Assembly: GCF_006345805.1 (NCBI RefSeq)
Contig: NC_043001.1
Location: 102,486,001-102,550,000, forward strand
Length of the DNA: 64,000 nt
Origin: Octopus sinensis
Lineage: Eukaryota
Reading direction: 5' to 3'
Shown: positions 12,494-24,195 of the stretch, one piece after another
Layout of the letters: every line of letters begins with the position of its first letter
Position numbering within the stretch: the stretch's first letter is position 1
Position numbers and translations under genes: made by a program
The notes under the pieces: model-generated
Seen by the model: only the letters and a program-made list of their open reading frames with translations
Databases searched by the model: none
What the model was told of the DNA's origin: nothing

Positions 12494-12705
12494 GTTTTTG
12501 TATCTTAGGTTCATTCTCCACTGCCGCTTGACAACCAGTGTTGGTGTGTTTACGTCCCAGTAACTTAGCAGTTTGGTTAAAGAGACTGACAGAATAAGTA
12601 CCAGGCTTTAAAAAATTAAGTACTGAGATTAATTTGTTGAACTAAAAATTCTTCAAGGTGGAGCCCCAGCATAGCCACAATCCAATGACTGAAACAAGTC
12701 AAAGA
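12294..12705 (+). mobile_element. tRNA-derived SINE, family B (with internal (TA)/(TG) microsatellite)
   Basis: A-box-like TGGCAGTGTGGTAAG, B-box-like GGTTCAATTCC, body matching 21593-21985 and 18577-18815. Confidence 0.8.
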
Positions 12706-14470
12706 CACTATTTATGGGCTGTGAGGTATAGCTGTGAGGTTACAAAGTTTGCAGCCAATTGTTCCAGGTTCAATTCTGTTTCATGACATACTGGGCGAAT
12801 GTTGACTACCATAGTTTTGGACTGATGAAAGCTTTGTCAGTGAAATTTGACAGATGGAAACTGTAGAGGAGAAGCTAGTGAGATGATTGCATTTTGAAGC
12901 ATTGCATTCATATTTCCCAGCTTCAGACCACAGCTGCCACATAACACATTAAGCTCACCTAATTGTCAGTCAGTCAATTCATTGGTGAACTGAAATATAC
13001 CTGCCAAATGGTTTATAGAACATTCTGGAACACTCTGCTGATGGTATAGAAAAAGATATGGAAATTCAACAAAAAAATAGAGCTATCACATTCTACAGGA
13101 AATCAAGAGGGAGAGGCTTTCTCCATGTGATGGCTTCTCAATTATTCCTTCTTCAAAATTTGATAATGGCTGAACACATCACACGGAATTATGTTGATAA
13201 ATTTCAAAAACGTTGTTCTTATTTCCTGAAATTAATCTTTCCTCACTTTTCCTATGAATTGTTGTACATTGACCAAATATTCATTTATTTGTTAATCCTG
13301 AAATGCCATTGCTCAGCTAACTGCTGAAAAAATGTATATATTATGTTTCTGATGAAGTAAACTCACCCCACCCCTGTCATCATCATCATTTAACATCTGT
13401 TTTCCATGCTGGCATAGGTTCAACAGAATGAACAAGTATATTCAATTCAGTCTGATTCTCTGTATTGAACACACAGCACATAAATGTTGTTTGTTGTTGG
13501 TTATTCACTAATTTCACCCAAACCACACTCAAAGACTATCGTGTGTGTGTGTGTGTGTGTGTGTGCACGCGCGCGCGTCTTTTCATACATACATGCTACT
13601 TCTACCCCACCTTCCCTCCTGTTCTTCTGTCCCCAGGACTCACCATGATGCCTTGTCCCCACCATCTTTATATCTCTTTCCAGCTCCTCAATGATTACTC
13701 CCACCCACTCTTGTACAATGAGAACAGCCATGAACCTCCTTCACACCAAGAAGCCCGTTCCAAAGAGAGACATTTTCCTTCATATTCTAACCTTTTATCA
13801 CCTAGCATGAAGTTATCTTCCTTTCTACTGGAGCTCCAGCTGATGATGCTCTTAGTCTTGCAAGCTACAGGGCAACTCCACTAGTGCTGGTGTCGCACAC
13901 AATAAAAAACAAAAAAAAACATTCAGTATATTCTTGTTCGTGTTAGAAAGGGCATCCAGCCATAGAAACCAAGACAAAACAGATACTGAAACACTTCTGA
14001 GCCATTGGATCTTTTCAAACTGCCAAACTACACCAGCTTGGAAGATAGATGTGAAAAGATGATGATGATGTGTGAGAGAGAGAAGGAGGAGAGAGTGAGA
14101 GAGAGACTAGTTATCCTTTTTTTAGTGTCCATCCTCCATACTGGCATCGGCTTGATGGTATCACAGGACCCAGTGACCAGGAGCATTGTGTCAAACATCA
14201 AACTCCAGCATGTAATTAGTGTTTTATATATATATAATGACATAGGGCCATGATGTTTAATGCCTTGCTGTCCTCAAGAAAACCTGTCCACCACACCAAA
14301 ATTGATAGTGGTGCCACATAAAAAGCTTTCAGTACACTCAGTAAAATGGTTGGTGTTTGGAAGGGCTTCCAGTTATAGAAACCATGCCAGAACAATTGAG
14401 TCTGGTGCAAACCTCAGCCATACCAGCTCCCGTTAAACTGTCCAACCCATTCCAGACATTAAATGATGAT

Positions 14471-14509
<39 letters not shown>

Positions 14510-14638
14510 AAGTCAAAATGAGGGTGGAAAAATTGGATATTAATTTAATATTTTCTTGAGAACAATTCTTAGTGGTTGAGTCCCTTGCGGATCTATATCT
14601 AGCGTAAGAGCATCCATATAGTGGATTCTCTCTCATAG

Positions 14639-14695
<57 letters not shown>

Positions 14696-14722
14696 TGCAC
14701 ACACATACATACATACATACAT

Positions 14723-14765
14723 CTGAGGGGCTACTGAGAAGTTTCTGGCTTTGGGTAAAAGAATA
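14723..14765. mobile_element. Isolated mariner TIR remnant
   Basis: GAGGGGCTACTGAGAAGTTTCTGGCTTTGGGTAAAAGAA resembles the terminus at 63134-63174. Confidence 0.4.
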
Positions 14766-15779
14766 GCAACAAAATCCACTGACAAATAACAGAAAACCAA
14801 ACCATAATAGAATAATACTAAGATGGTGTTTAGAACTTAATTTAGAAGTTTTCTTTGGTGAAATTTTTCTCCACTGAACTTTCATTACTATTCATGTTAC
14901 AAGATTTCAGTTGGGATGCAAATTTCAAAATGAACACTTAAATATGCATTATTTGAGGTAAGGTCGTAATATGAGATCAAGGGTGACCTTAGGTGAAGTG
15001 GCAGAAAGAGGAGAAGTTCATAGACAGCTATGTTACTATGTTAGTTAAACAACAAATATAGCTGAAAAACTGAAGACAAGTGAAATAGATGTGCTAGTGA
15101 AATGCAGGGGGGAAAAAGTTCACCATTAGCTGAATTTTAAAAATATAAATTTACATATTAAAATTTACAAACACCAACATATTCATGAGGTGTGTGTGCG
15201 AGAGAGACAGAAGGAAAATGTGGCACAGAGAGTTACCAAAGATACAGAAAACAGAAAAAACACACAAGGGATGTGGTGTACTAAGTATGTTTTGTTTCAA
15301 TGCCACTGTGACTTGCAGATTATATTGAAACAGTTTAACCAATAGTGGAGAGTGCAGATGTAAAAGCTTTGGGCACATACACAATACATTTATGGACAGA
15401 AGAAAAGAGAGGGGACCACAGGACCCGTAAAGTCACCAAGTACCTGGCAAGACAAGATACCTCAGCTGAGTGTATAGAATTAACCCTGTCATGCAGTGTT
15501 ATAGCCATAGGGGACGAGGAGCTGAAATGTCATCTCTACTGGACTCCTAGTAAAGCAGTAATGAACAACAGATGAAGAAAAAGATGAAATACTAAAAAAA
15601 CAGACAACTGATCCACTATGTTGCATCTTTGTAGTCGAATGTGTTTATGATTCATTGTTTATGGTGTCCTCCAAAACTGTTCTTTACTTTTTTTTAACAG
15701 GAAAAAACCCTGATTTTGGTGATGTAACAAGCATGTGATGGGCCCAGCATTTCATCTTGTAAAAGAGCAAGGCTTAGAC

Positions 15780-15882
15780 CAGGGGTTCCCAAACTGGTGT
15801 CTGTGGATCTCTGGTGGTCCGCAAAGGTAGTACTGGGGAGTCTCTGAACTAAATTCAAAATTTCATATATATCATCATCATC

Positions 15883-15932
<50 letters not shown>

Positions 15933-16029
15933 CACATAAGAATAAGCATATTAAAAGGGGTCCATGGGAAAACTCATTTAAATAAAAGGGTTGGGAACCA
16001 CAGATGGGAACCACAGATGAGAACCACTG
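15780..16029. mobile_element. hAT (Buster-type) MITE with triplicated right end
   Basis: CAGGGGTTCCCAAAC ... GAGAACCACTG; 8-bp TSD GCTTAGAC (15772-15779) / GTTTAGAC (16030-16037) with central TA. Confidence 0.8.
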
Positions 16030-16779
16030 GTTTAGACTCTTTGACGCTGAGGAAATTATTGATGATATTTATTGTTCGGATTGAAGAGTTTACACTTTTG
16101 AGGCAATGAGTGGGATTCGGCTAATGAAACTGGTGAAAGAGATGAGGAAAGTAGTGAGTCGGGTGAACAAATACAGTAGATGAGGGACAGGCCTGTTATT
16201 GTTACTCTCCTGATCCTTTTTTTTTCTGATTCCGTCCATTAGTTTTCCTGCAATTGCTACTCTTGAGCTGTGAATGGAACCACTTATTCTATTGCTGAGC
16301 AGACCAGGTGGAGGGTAAAGTTAGATACAGGGGACCAGGTCTGAGAAGACTAAGGGATATGAAACCCTGATCACACAAGAGCAAGTGTCTTGCTGAAGAG
16401 ATGAACAGATGGGTTCCCTATCTCAAAAGAGAGAGAGAGAGAGAGAGAGAGAGAAATGTGAGATCAAGGTACAAGGTGAATGAAAGAGACAGAAATAGGA
16501 GGGAGGGATAGAATATGTGGATGTACAAGTAAGGGCAAGAGAGGGGGAATAGTGTGACAAATGATTAAAGATAGAGATTAAACTGGATGCAGTGAATATC
16601 AGTTTGGGGAAGGGGAAATGAATACAAATATATTCTGTATTCTAAGCTATTCAAATTACATCTTCTGAAGGCCATATTGGTGCATATTAGTATTTAATCT
16701 TTTGGGAATCCATCCTTTTATTTAAAATTTCCTCTCTTCAACAGCTTTAAAACTTCCAGTCAATGATGATGAGTGTGCC

Positions 16780-17830
16780 CTTTCACATGAATGATGTTAA
16801 TGCTTCTCCTTACTATGCATTGCAATCACACGTTCTGCTTTGTTCCTCCACTTAGTCCTTCATATCATCGTTCCATCTTCATCTTTGTCACTTGTAAACC
16901 CATCGTCTATTAACAACCACTTTGAGCGTGTGGGGTCAGAGATTTTGAATCCAAATAACAAGGCCAAAATATTTCAATTTTCACCATCTGACCACTGCAT
17001 CAACTTTCATTCCACTCCCAGCTCCACCTGGCTGACCACCAGTGGCACATCATCTTAAATCCCCTCAAGTTGCCTGGCACCTGCTACCAATAGCATCCAT
17101 GCTTCACATCCAAACATTGCTGCTGACCAGTGCAGGATTTCATTTTGATGCTTTGCTGAACAGAGGCAGCTTCTCTTGAAAGTCCATAAATTTGTATTCC
17201 ACTCTTAACAACAACTCCAGCCACTTGCTGACCAGAGTACATTCTCTTCAGTACGTTCACTGTAAAACCCTCAATGCCCCATCATCTGTAACATCTTTCA
17301 CAATGCGGAATATCAAACTGAGTCGAAGGCCTTTTTATAATCAAAGAATGCTATATTTTCTGGAATGTTATATTCCCTGGTTTTCTCCATGATGATATTA
17401 AAAGTCTGGTCTTTCCTGCTCATCCTTTTATGAAACTGCATCTGTACTTTTTACAAGCCGTTCTTTGACAACCCAGTTCAACCTTGTCAACAGAATTCTC
17501 AGCATGATCTTACTGGTATGGCAGATGAGAGCTATGCTTTATGCGCAATGAACACTGATCACATCTCATCCACCCATCTGACAGATATTGTTACATAGCT
17601 TGGCAAGAGCTTTCATCATCATGTCATCATTTACTTTCAATAATCCCACAAGAAGGTCAACACCAGCTGCTTTGGTTGTAGGGCACATGCTGAACTGTAT
17701 CTTTCACTTCAGACCCCAGGACTTTTGACATGCAGTACAACATGTTACTGTCACTGTTCTCATTACTGTTTGAACCACAAATATTAATTTTACTATTTCA
17801 AACTGTATCTCATGCTACGCCTCTCAAATA
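16780..17830 (-). mobile_element. Decayed RTE-clade LINE (RT region to C-terminus)
   Basis: Minus-strand translation across stops gives KAAGVD, IALICHTSKIMLRILL, KLKYFGLVI and RWNDDMKD, typical RTE reverse transcriptase segments. Confidence 0.7.
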
Positions 17831-17937
17831 CCATCAGATCTCAACAAAGTGAATCCAAAACTCAGTTTTAATTCCTGATAAGGATCACTACTTTAATACT
17901 TTAGTGTGTGTGTGTGTGTGTGTGTAATAATGAAATT

Positions 17938-18200
17938 CTTTTATTGCTTTATTTGTTTCAGTCATTTGACTGCAGCCATGCTAGAGCACCACCTTTAGTT
18001 GAACAAATTGCCCCCAGGACTTATTTATATATATATGTATATATACGACGGGCTTCTTTCAGTTTCCATCGACCAAATCCACTCACAAGGCTTTGGTCAG
18101 CCCAAGGCTATAGTAGGAGACACTTGCCCAAGGTGCCACACAGTGGGACTGAACCCGGAACCATGTGGTTGGTAAGTAAGCTACTTACCACACAGCCACT
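17938..18200 (-). mobile_element. tRNA-derived SINE, family B
   Basis: Reverse complement of the family B head and body (AGTGGCTGTGTGGTAAGTAGC...GGTTCAGTCCCAC...). Confidence 0.85.
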
Positions 18201-18576
18201 TCTACAGAATGTATACTTTTAACAGCCACAATGACCTTATTGAAACGCAATTAACTAAAATGATTAGTATAAGCTTGTTAACATTACTTAACAGAACTGG
18301 ATGGCTGAATTACCAAGCAAAGTATAGACTGAAATGTGTCAGGCCTTGATCTTTCTCTGAGAGTAAAGAAGCATAGAGGAACAAGTGTCTGAGTTGTAGG
18401 TAGATCTGAATGAAAAAACCTGAAATAAAGGAGCGATATCCTTTCAGTTACTTTCATACTTTTACCTACAGACAAATTAACAGCACCACACACGCTCACT
18501 CTTCTACCTTGCTCACACTTGTCTACACTTGCGTTTCGTTAAAGTCAATGTGGTTGGTAAAATTATACATTCACTA

Positions 18577-18715
18577 GCAGTTGCTGTGTGATAAGTAGCT
18601 TGCTTACCAACCACATGGTTCCGGGTTCAGTCCCACTGTGTGGCACCTTGGGCAAGTGTCTCCTACTATAGCCTTATGAGTGGATCTGGTAGACGGAAAC
18701 TGAAAGAAGCCCATC

Positions 18716-18752
<37 letters not shown>

Positions 18753-18815
18753 AATAAGTCCTGGGAGCAATTTGTTCAACTAAAGGTGGTGCTCTAGCGT
18801 GGCTGCAGTCAGTTG
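18577..18815 (+). mobile_element. tRNA-derived SINE, family B (internally deleted)
   Basis: Family B head; lacks about 17 nt between two AGCCTT direct repeats compared with the 17938-18200 copy. Confidence 0.85.
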
Positions 18816-19407
18816 TCTACAGAACAACTCACACACTCTCTTCTCCTTCATTTCTACTTGTCTACAGACCAACCAGTTTTCCACATTTGTCAACAGACAC
18901 AACAACAACACTATTTCTTCTCTTTTTCTCTCTCGCTCAATCTCAAAGGACAAAACATTACATTCCACACTCTTCATGGCAACTGAACTTTTCAACGTTC
19001 CTTCTCACTAATTATTACTGACACAGTTCATCACTAGTCTTCTTGGTTTCTAAATTTCCCTTTAGTTAGTATTACAGTCACACACATAAGTATGCAACTT
19101 GATACTAAAGTGTTAATTACTTCTAATGATTATTGATTAAGAAAGGCTGTTAATTACTCGCAGTATTCAACAGAATACAGTAAACATACATAGGTTAGAA
19201 GTATTGGTTTACAATGACATTGTTAATGTAGAATGTATAGTCAATATAATAGAGAAACGGTAACAGATGCAGACAAGTGAGCCGAACAGGAACTGTTCTC
19301 TATGTAATATCATTAACAGAAAATATAGTGAAGCCGAAAGAGTATGAAATACAAATCATTTAGTGATTAGAATTGAAAGGGGATACACAAATGAGTAAGA
19401 GACTTAC

Positions 19408-19570
19408 CATGTTTTTGCTGCATGAGAATCTCTGGTGCTAAATAATCAGGGGTGCCTAAAACACGATGTTTTCTCGGTTGACTGCGATACCGTCGCACAC
19501 TCTTAGGTGTTCGTAAAGGAGTTGTTTCACCATGTGTTTCAACATCGTGCGGGGTTCGAACTGACAGTCT
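19408..19570 (-). CDS. MASTL: Internal exon of serine/threonine kinase Greatwall (MASTL): end of the non-conserved middle insert plus P+1 loop/APE motif
   Basis: 163-bp exon RLSVRTPHDVETHGETTPLRTPKSVRRYRSQPRKHRVLGTPDYLAPEILMQQKH(G). RTPKSVRR followed by LGTPDYLAPE is characteristic of Greatwall/MASTL. Acceptor TTGTTCTTTTCAG and donor G|GTAAGT are canonical; phase 0 start, phase 1 end. Confidence 0.93.
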
Positions 19571-19974
19571 CTGAAAAGAACAATTACCAGAATATATACG
19601 TTTATACATAAAAGAAAGAAATATATAATGTTAGTTCTGGTTAGGTAAACCATGTAATCCAAAGAGCAGCTCAATGTTCATGAATAACACACAGCAAGTA
19701 CTGGTGAGCAAGCCATTCCTGTACTATAAGTGTTGTGACAAAGGCTGTGGAGTCAGGATGAGGGTTAGAGTTGGTACAAATAAACAGACTCAATGCAAAT
19801 TATAATATTGTTAAAATTTCCAATTGCCCCAATACTAATTTGACTATTTTTTTAACTGAATATAAGAAAACCATATCTGAAAGCTTCCATAAAGAAGGCA
19901 CATGGCCTGGTGGTTAGAGTGTTGCACTCACAACTGCCAGATTGTGAGTTCAATTCCTGCACTGGACAATCCTC

Positions 19975-20270
19975 ATCATCATCGTTTAAACATCCATTTT
20001 CCAGGCTAGTATTGGTTTGACTGAGGACTGGAGAGCCAGTGGCTACACCAGGCTCAAATCTGATCTGGCAAGGTTTCTACAGCTGGATGCCCTTCCTAAC
20101 ACCAACCACTCCAAGAGTGTAGTGGGTGCTTTTTACGTGCCACCAGCATGGGAGCCAGTCAAGTGGACCTTATATTAACCATGTTCGGATGGTGCTTTTT
20201 ACATGCCACCAGCACGGGAGCCAGCCAGGAAGCACTGGCCACAATGTGTCCTGTTTTTGAGCAAAAACAC
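19975..20270 (-). mobile_element. RTE-type LINE 3' UTR/terminus
   Basis: CATCATCATCGTTTAA tail, GTTTCTACAGCTGGATGCCCTTCC and GGTGCTTTTTACRTGCCACC subrepeats. Confidence 0.7.
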
Positions 20271-20674
20271 ATCACTTTGCATTGCTCTGGTGCAGTATGG
20301 GAACCGGAATGCCAAAGAATAGACCCACCATTTCCTCTGTGTGTCATAAAAGGCAACTAAAAGAGGTTGAGGTAAGATTTGCACTCCAGCCTCATAAAAC
20401 CCTCACCAGCAGCAACTGCCAAAACAGACCCATGGATTGGAGGGCTGTTACCTGAGTGGTGAAAAGTTGTCACCTGCCAGGTGAGGAGTAGAGAATCACC
20501 AACAGATTGTGGATGAAGTGATGCATTGTTGCAGCACATTCTTCCATGTTACCATCACTATGAAGAAGGAGCTGACAGAACCGATTCTGTTTCTTAGAAT
20601 AAAATGTTAGCAAATATTGGATTTTGGACTTGATCCAGCTTCAGGTCTGATTTGATTGAGTGTTTAACTCAAGT

Positions 20675-20768
<94 letters not shown>
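20675..20768. repeat. (GA)n microsatellite
   Basis: Directly visible; source of the RERERE and SLSLSL ORFs. Confidence 0.97.
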
Positions 20769-20771
<3 letters not shown>

Positions 20772-20959
20772 GCATGTGTGCACATGCAGGCATGTGCATG
20801 CATTTGATAATATACACATATAGAGGAAGGTGGCGAGCTGGCAGAAACGTTAGAGCGCCGGACGAAATGCTTAGCAGTATTTCGTCTGCCCACAATGAGC
20901 AGTACTAGCTCATTGTGGGCAGTAAAGAAATATATATATACACATATACAGACATCACT

Positions 20960-21210
20960 CTCATCAAGCATCCACTTTCCATGCTGGCATGGATTAGCTG
21001 GGTTGACTGGAACTGGTAAGCTAGAGAGCTGTACCATGTTCCACTCTGATGTGGAATGGTTTCTATGGCTCGATACTTAACACCAACCATTCCAACCCAA
21101 GAGTGTAGTGGATGCCAGTTACATGACACCTGCATCAGACACATGATTTCACTTGGTTTGACGAGTCTTCTCAAGCACAACATATCGCCAAAGGTCTCGA
21201 TCATTTGTCA
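20960..21210 (-). mobile_element. RTE-type LINE 3' end (ORF C-terminus plus short 3' UTR)
   Basis: Minus strand reads MTNDRDLWRYVVLEKTRQTK*, followed by the same terminal sequence as the tandem-subrepeat elements. Confidence 0.7.
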
Positions 21211-21592
21211 TATAAATCTCAGCTAAACACCCTCTATGTGTAGGGCCAAAGAAGCATTTACGGTCCAGCCCATTCCCTTAGATTATCATTGAGAATACCA
21301 TATTTGCCTCTGTGTGTAATAGGTGCCCGATAAGCTGCAAAAGCCTTGAAGAGGCATGGCTTCAGCTGCACCAAAATAAATCCTTACAAGACATTCTGCA
21401 ATGTTAGGCAATCTAAATGATCCCAACAGTTTATGTAAAACATTCCTCTATTAACTAAGCAGAGGGAAGGTGGACTCAGCAAAGGTGCACTAAATGCAAA
21501 CCATCCAAGTGGAGGTAACTGTCTCAAGACATCTCGACCATATCATCCTATCTATCTATGTATAAAATCTTATGTCCATACAAGCATACACA

Positions 21593-21985
21593 GGCACAAG
21601 CATGGCTGGGTGGTAAGAAGTTTGCTTCCTAACCCCATGGTTCTTGGTACAGTCCCACTGTGGGGCACACCTTGGGCACATATCTTCTACTATAGCCTTG
21701 AGCCAACCAAAGCTTTCTGAGTGAACTTGGTAAATGGAAACTGAAAGAAGCCCATTGTGTGTGTGTTTGTGTTTATACCCCACCACTGCTTGACAACTGG
21801 TGTTGATGTTTTTACGTCCCTGTGACTTAGTGGTTCAGCAAAAGTGACCGGAAGCGTAATTACCAGGCTTTAAAAAAGGAAAGAAGAAATACTGGGGTTA
21901 ATTCATTCAACTAAAAATTCTTGAAGGTGGTGCCCCAGCATGGCCACAGTCTAATGACTGAAACAAGCAAAAGATAAAAGATAAG
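21593..21985 (+). mobile_element. tRNA-derived SINE, family B
   Basis: Full-length match to 12294-12705. Confidence 0.8.
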
Positions 21986-22322
21986 ATACTTGTGAGCATG
22001 TGTGTGTGTGTGTATATATGTGAATGTATGTGGGTGTACAGGTGTGTATATTATGTGTGCGATTTTTATTAGTTCAAAGACTAACTGAAAAATAAAGAAG
22101 TTAATTCTCTTGGTTGTGAATGTCAGTAAATGTAAAGGAAGACTTATAACTCATTAGTTGATAAACTCAGTCAAATGCACCTGCCCAGGTAAAAAAAAAT
22201 ACAAGCAGTAAAGAAATCAGACTGTATATCATAGTTTGGAATGATGGAGGTGATGGGAAACTAACCAGGAGACGATTACTAACAAGGTATTCAAATATTA
22301 CTTCATTGATTGAAATATTTAA

Positions 22323-22510
22323 CCCTCCAGCATTTCAATTCCTGTCTAATATAATGCTTATTTATACACAATGTTTTGAACTATTCAATATTTCAGTGAT
22401 GTGACTGTTTTTTGTTTTAGAATGACATTGTAAGATAGGTGTGAGAGGCTGGATCAGGCCAATTTGAACATAAACAGGTAAAATATTTCGGCCAGTTAAA
22501 TGCTAAAGGG
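22323..22510. mobile_element. piggyBac-type MITE
   Basis: TTAA on both sides (22319-22322, 22511-22514); TIRs CCCTCCAGCATTT / AAATGCTAAAGGG (11/13). A half copy lies at 52171-52297. Confidence 0.8.
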
Positions 22511-22619
22511 TTAAAGTCAAAATTATTTGTTAAAAATATTTTTTTTAGGATTGTAATTGCTAACACTGTCCAAAATGTTAACTAACCTCTATGCCCCAGT
22601 GGTACAATTGTAGTTCAGT

Positions 22620-23050
22620 TTAGTCTGACCATCCTCCCAGACACTTCAACGGTTTCACATAAGCATGCCATCCATCACAGTTCCCCATGTATGTTCTTAA
22701 TTTGTCAACATTTGCCATTCCACTCTCCTGAAGCAAGTTGTTCAAATAGGTTGGATATTTTCTTCCTCTCTTGATTCTTCCTTCAACTGTCCGCCACAAG
22801 ACCAGTTGACCCACAGGTTCTTCTGGGTGCCTGACGCAATGACCAACAATTCTGATGCTTCTCTGTTGAATCTTCTCAGGCTCTTTGGGTAGATCTTGAT
22901 GAAGCTGCTTGTTGGTTAAATGAGCTCTGCATATAACATTCAGAGCCATTCTTAACATTCTCATGTAGCAGCCATCTATTCGGTTTCCAAGTTTCCCTTT
23001 GAGGATCCAAGTTTCAGCACTGTATAACAAAACTGACTCTGTAGTAAAGA
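22620..23050 (-). mobile_element. RTE-like LINE C-terminal coding fragment
   Basis: Open frame ESVLLYSAETW...RMLRMALNV...HLTNK.L..DLP...KIQQR...GHCVRHPEE...LVLW...GR..RGR...TY, typical of the post-RT region of RTE/RTEX LINEs. Confidence 0.8.
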
Positions 23051-23173
23051 TTGTTTGCCAACATTAAATGGCAGTCCTGGTTTAGGACAAATGTTGCTGT
23101 AATTTAGCCCCAGGAGACATCATCTTCAGCTGGCTATACGACACAATCTGTATCATATTTTCGAACAAGGGAA

Positions 23174-23254
23174 TCTAGTACCCCCACTCAGCTCAAAACA
23201 ATATCTGTGTATCGCGGTTAGATATTGTTTTGAGCTGAGTGGGGGGGTACTAGA
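23174..23254. repeat. Near-perfect 81-nt fold-back hairpin
   Basis: Arm 23174-23206 (33 nt) is the reverse complement of 23220-23254 apart from two extra G in a G7 run; 13-nt loop GTGTATCGCGGTT. Confidence 0.95.
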
Positions 23255-23524
23255 ACAAATGGTAAGTAAGCCAAAACATCAAAGTCATAAAAATACATAT
23301 TGCTTGTGTGTATATAATTACATAAGGGTTTATGAAAGGGGGAAAAGAAGGGGTCAGGAAAGAAGAACACAACAGGAAAAAAAAAAAAACAACACACCGA
23401 TTTGAGATTCCTCAGTTCAGGAGTTCGAAAATGGATGTCTGAGTTTGTGAATCGCTGTATTCTGTGGGATTTGCTTTCAGTCTGACAACTCTGAACTTGG
23501 CCTGTCTATAAAAATAAAAAGAGA

Positions 23525-23566
23525 AATAATAATAATAATAATAATAATGATGATAATAATAATAAT

Positions 23567-23619
<53 letters not shown>
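23525..23619. repeat. (AAT)n microsatellite
   Basis: Directly visible; source of the poly-Leu ORF on the minus strand. Confidence 0.97.
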
Positions 23620-23621
<2 letters not shown>

Positions 23622-24014
23622 GCTTTCTAATTGATGTATCAATACCGGCTGATGACAACGTGTCTCTAAAAGAAATGGAGAAACTCTCAAAATACAAAGA
23701 CCTGGAAATAGAGGTAACTAGAATGTGGAATCTGAAAACAGAAACAATTCCTATCATAGTAGGTGCATTAGGCATGATAAAAAAATATTCAGACAAATAC
23801 ATAACAAAAACACCAGGACTTACAAACACATATAACATACAGAAAATTGCACTACTAGGCACTGCACACATCCTACGCAGAACACTTTCCATACAATAAC
23901 CATCAGAGCATCACAACAAATCACAGCACATACCCAAGGCACACAGAGCTGCGCTCGGTAGTGAAGTGAAAGCACGCTATAAAAATAAAACTACTGAATA
24001 ATAACAATAATAAT
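23618..24014 (+). mobile_element. 5'-truncated R4/Dong-type non-LTR retrotransposon (restriction-like endonuclease C-terminus, 3' UTR, AAT tail)
   Basis: Uninterrupted frame 23618-23899: KCFLIDVSIPADDNVSLKEMEKLSKYKDLEIEVTRMWNLKTETIPIIVGALG...QKIALLGTAHILRRTL*. Bounded by (AAT)n on both sides. Confidence 0.85.
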
Positions 24015-24029
24015 GGTTTCAAATTTTGC

Positions 24030-24195
24030 CACAAATGTAGCAGTTTTGGGGGATACATCAATTCCAGTGTTTCACTGGTACTTCATTTATCAACTCTTAA
24101 AGGATGAAAGGTAAAGTCAACCTTGGCGAAATTTGAACTCAGAATGCAGCAGCAGACCAAAATAGCACAAAGCATTTCGCCTGGTCTGCTAACTT
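24030..24195 (-). mobile_element. tRNA-derived SINE, family A (decayed, partial)
   Basis: GGTACTTCATTTATC...AAGGATGAAAGGTAAAGTCAACCTTGGC...ATTTGAACTCAGAA matches the reverse complement of family A. Confidence 0.7.

Noticed and set aside
14433-14885. 150-aa minus-strand ORF
   Set aside because: Runs through (TA)n and (CA)n microsatellites and repeat fragments; no protein motif.
20620-20631. Kinase DFGL motif on the plus strand
   Set aside because: Wrong strand for MASTL, short frame bounded by stops, no HRD or other kinase motifs nearby.
20641-21037. ORFs with RERERE or SLSLSL runs
   Set aside because: Translations of the (GA)n microsatellite.
23506-23892. 128-aa minus-strand ORF ending in poly-Leu
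   Set aside because: Antisense of the Dong-type endonuclease frame plus the (AAT)n array.
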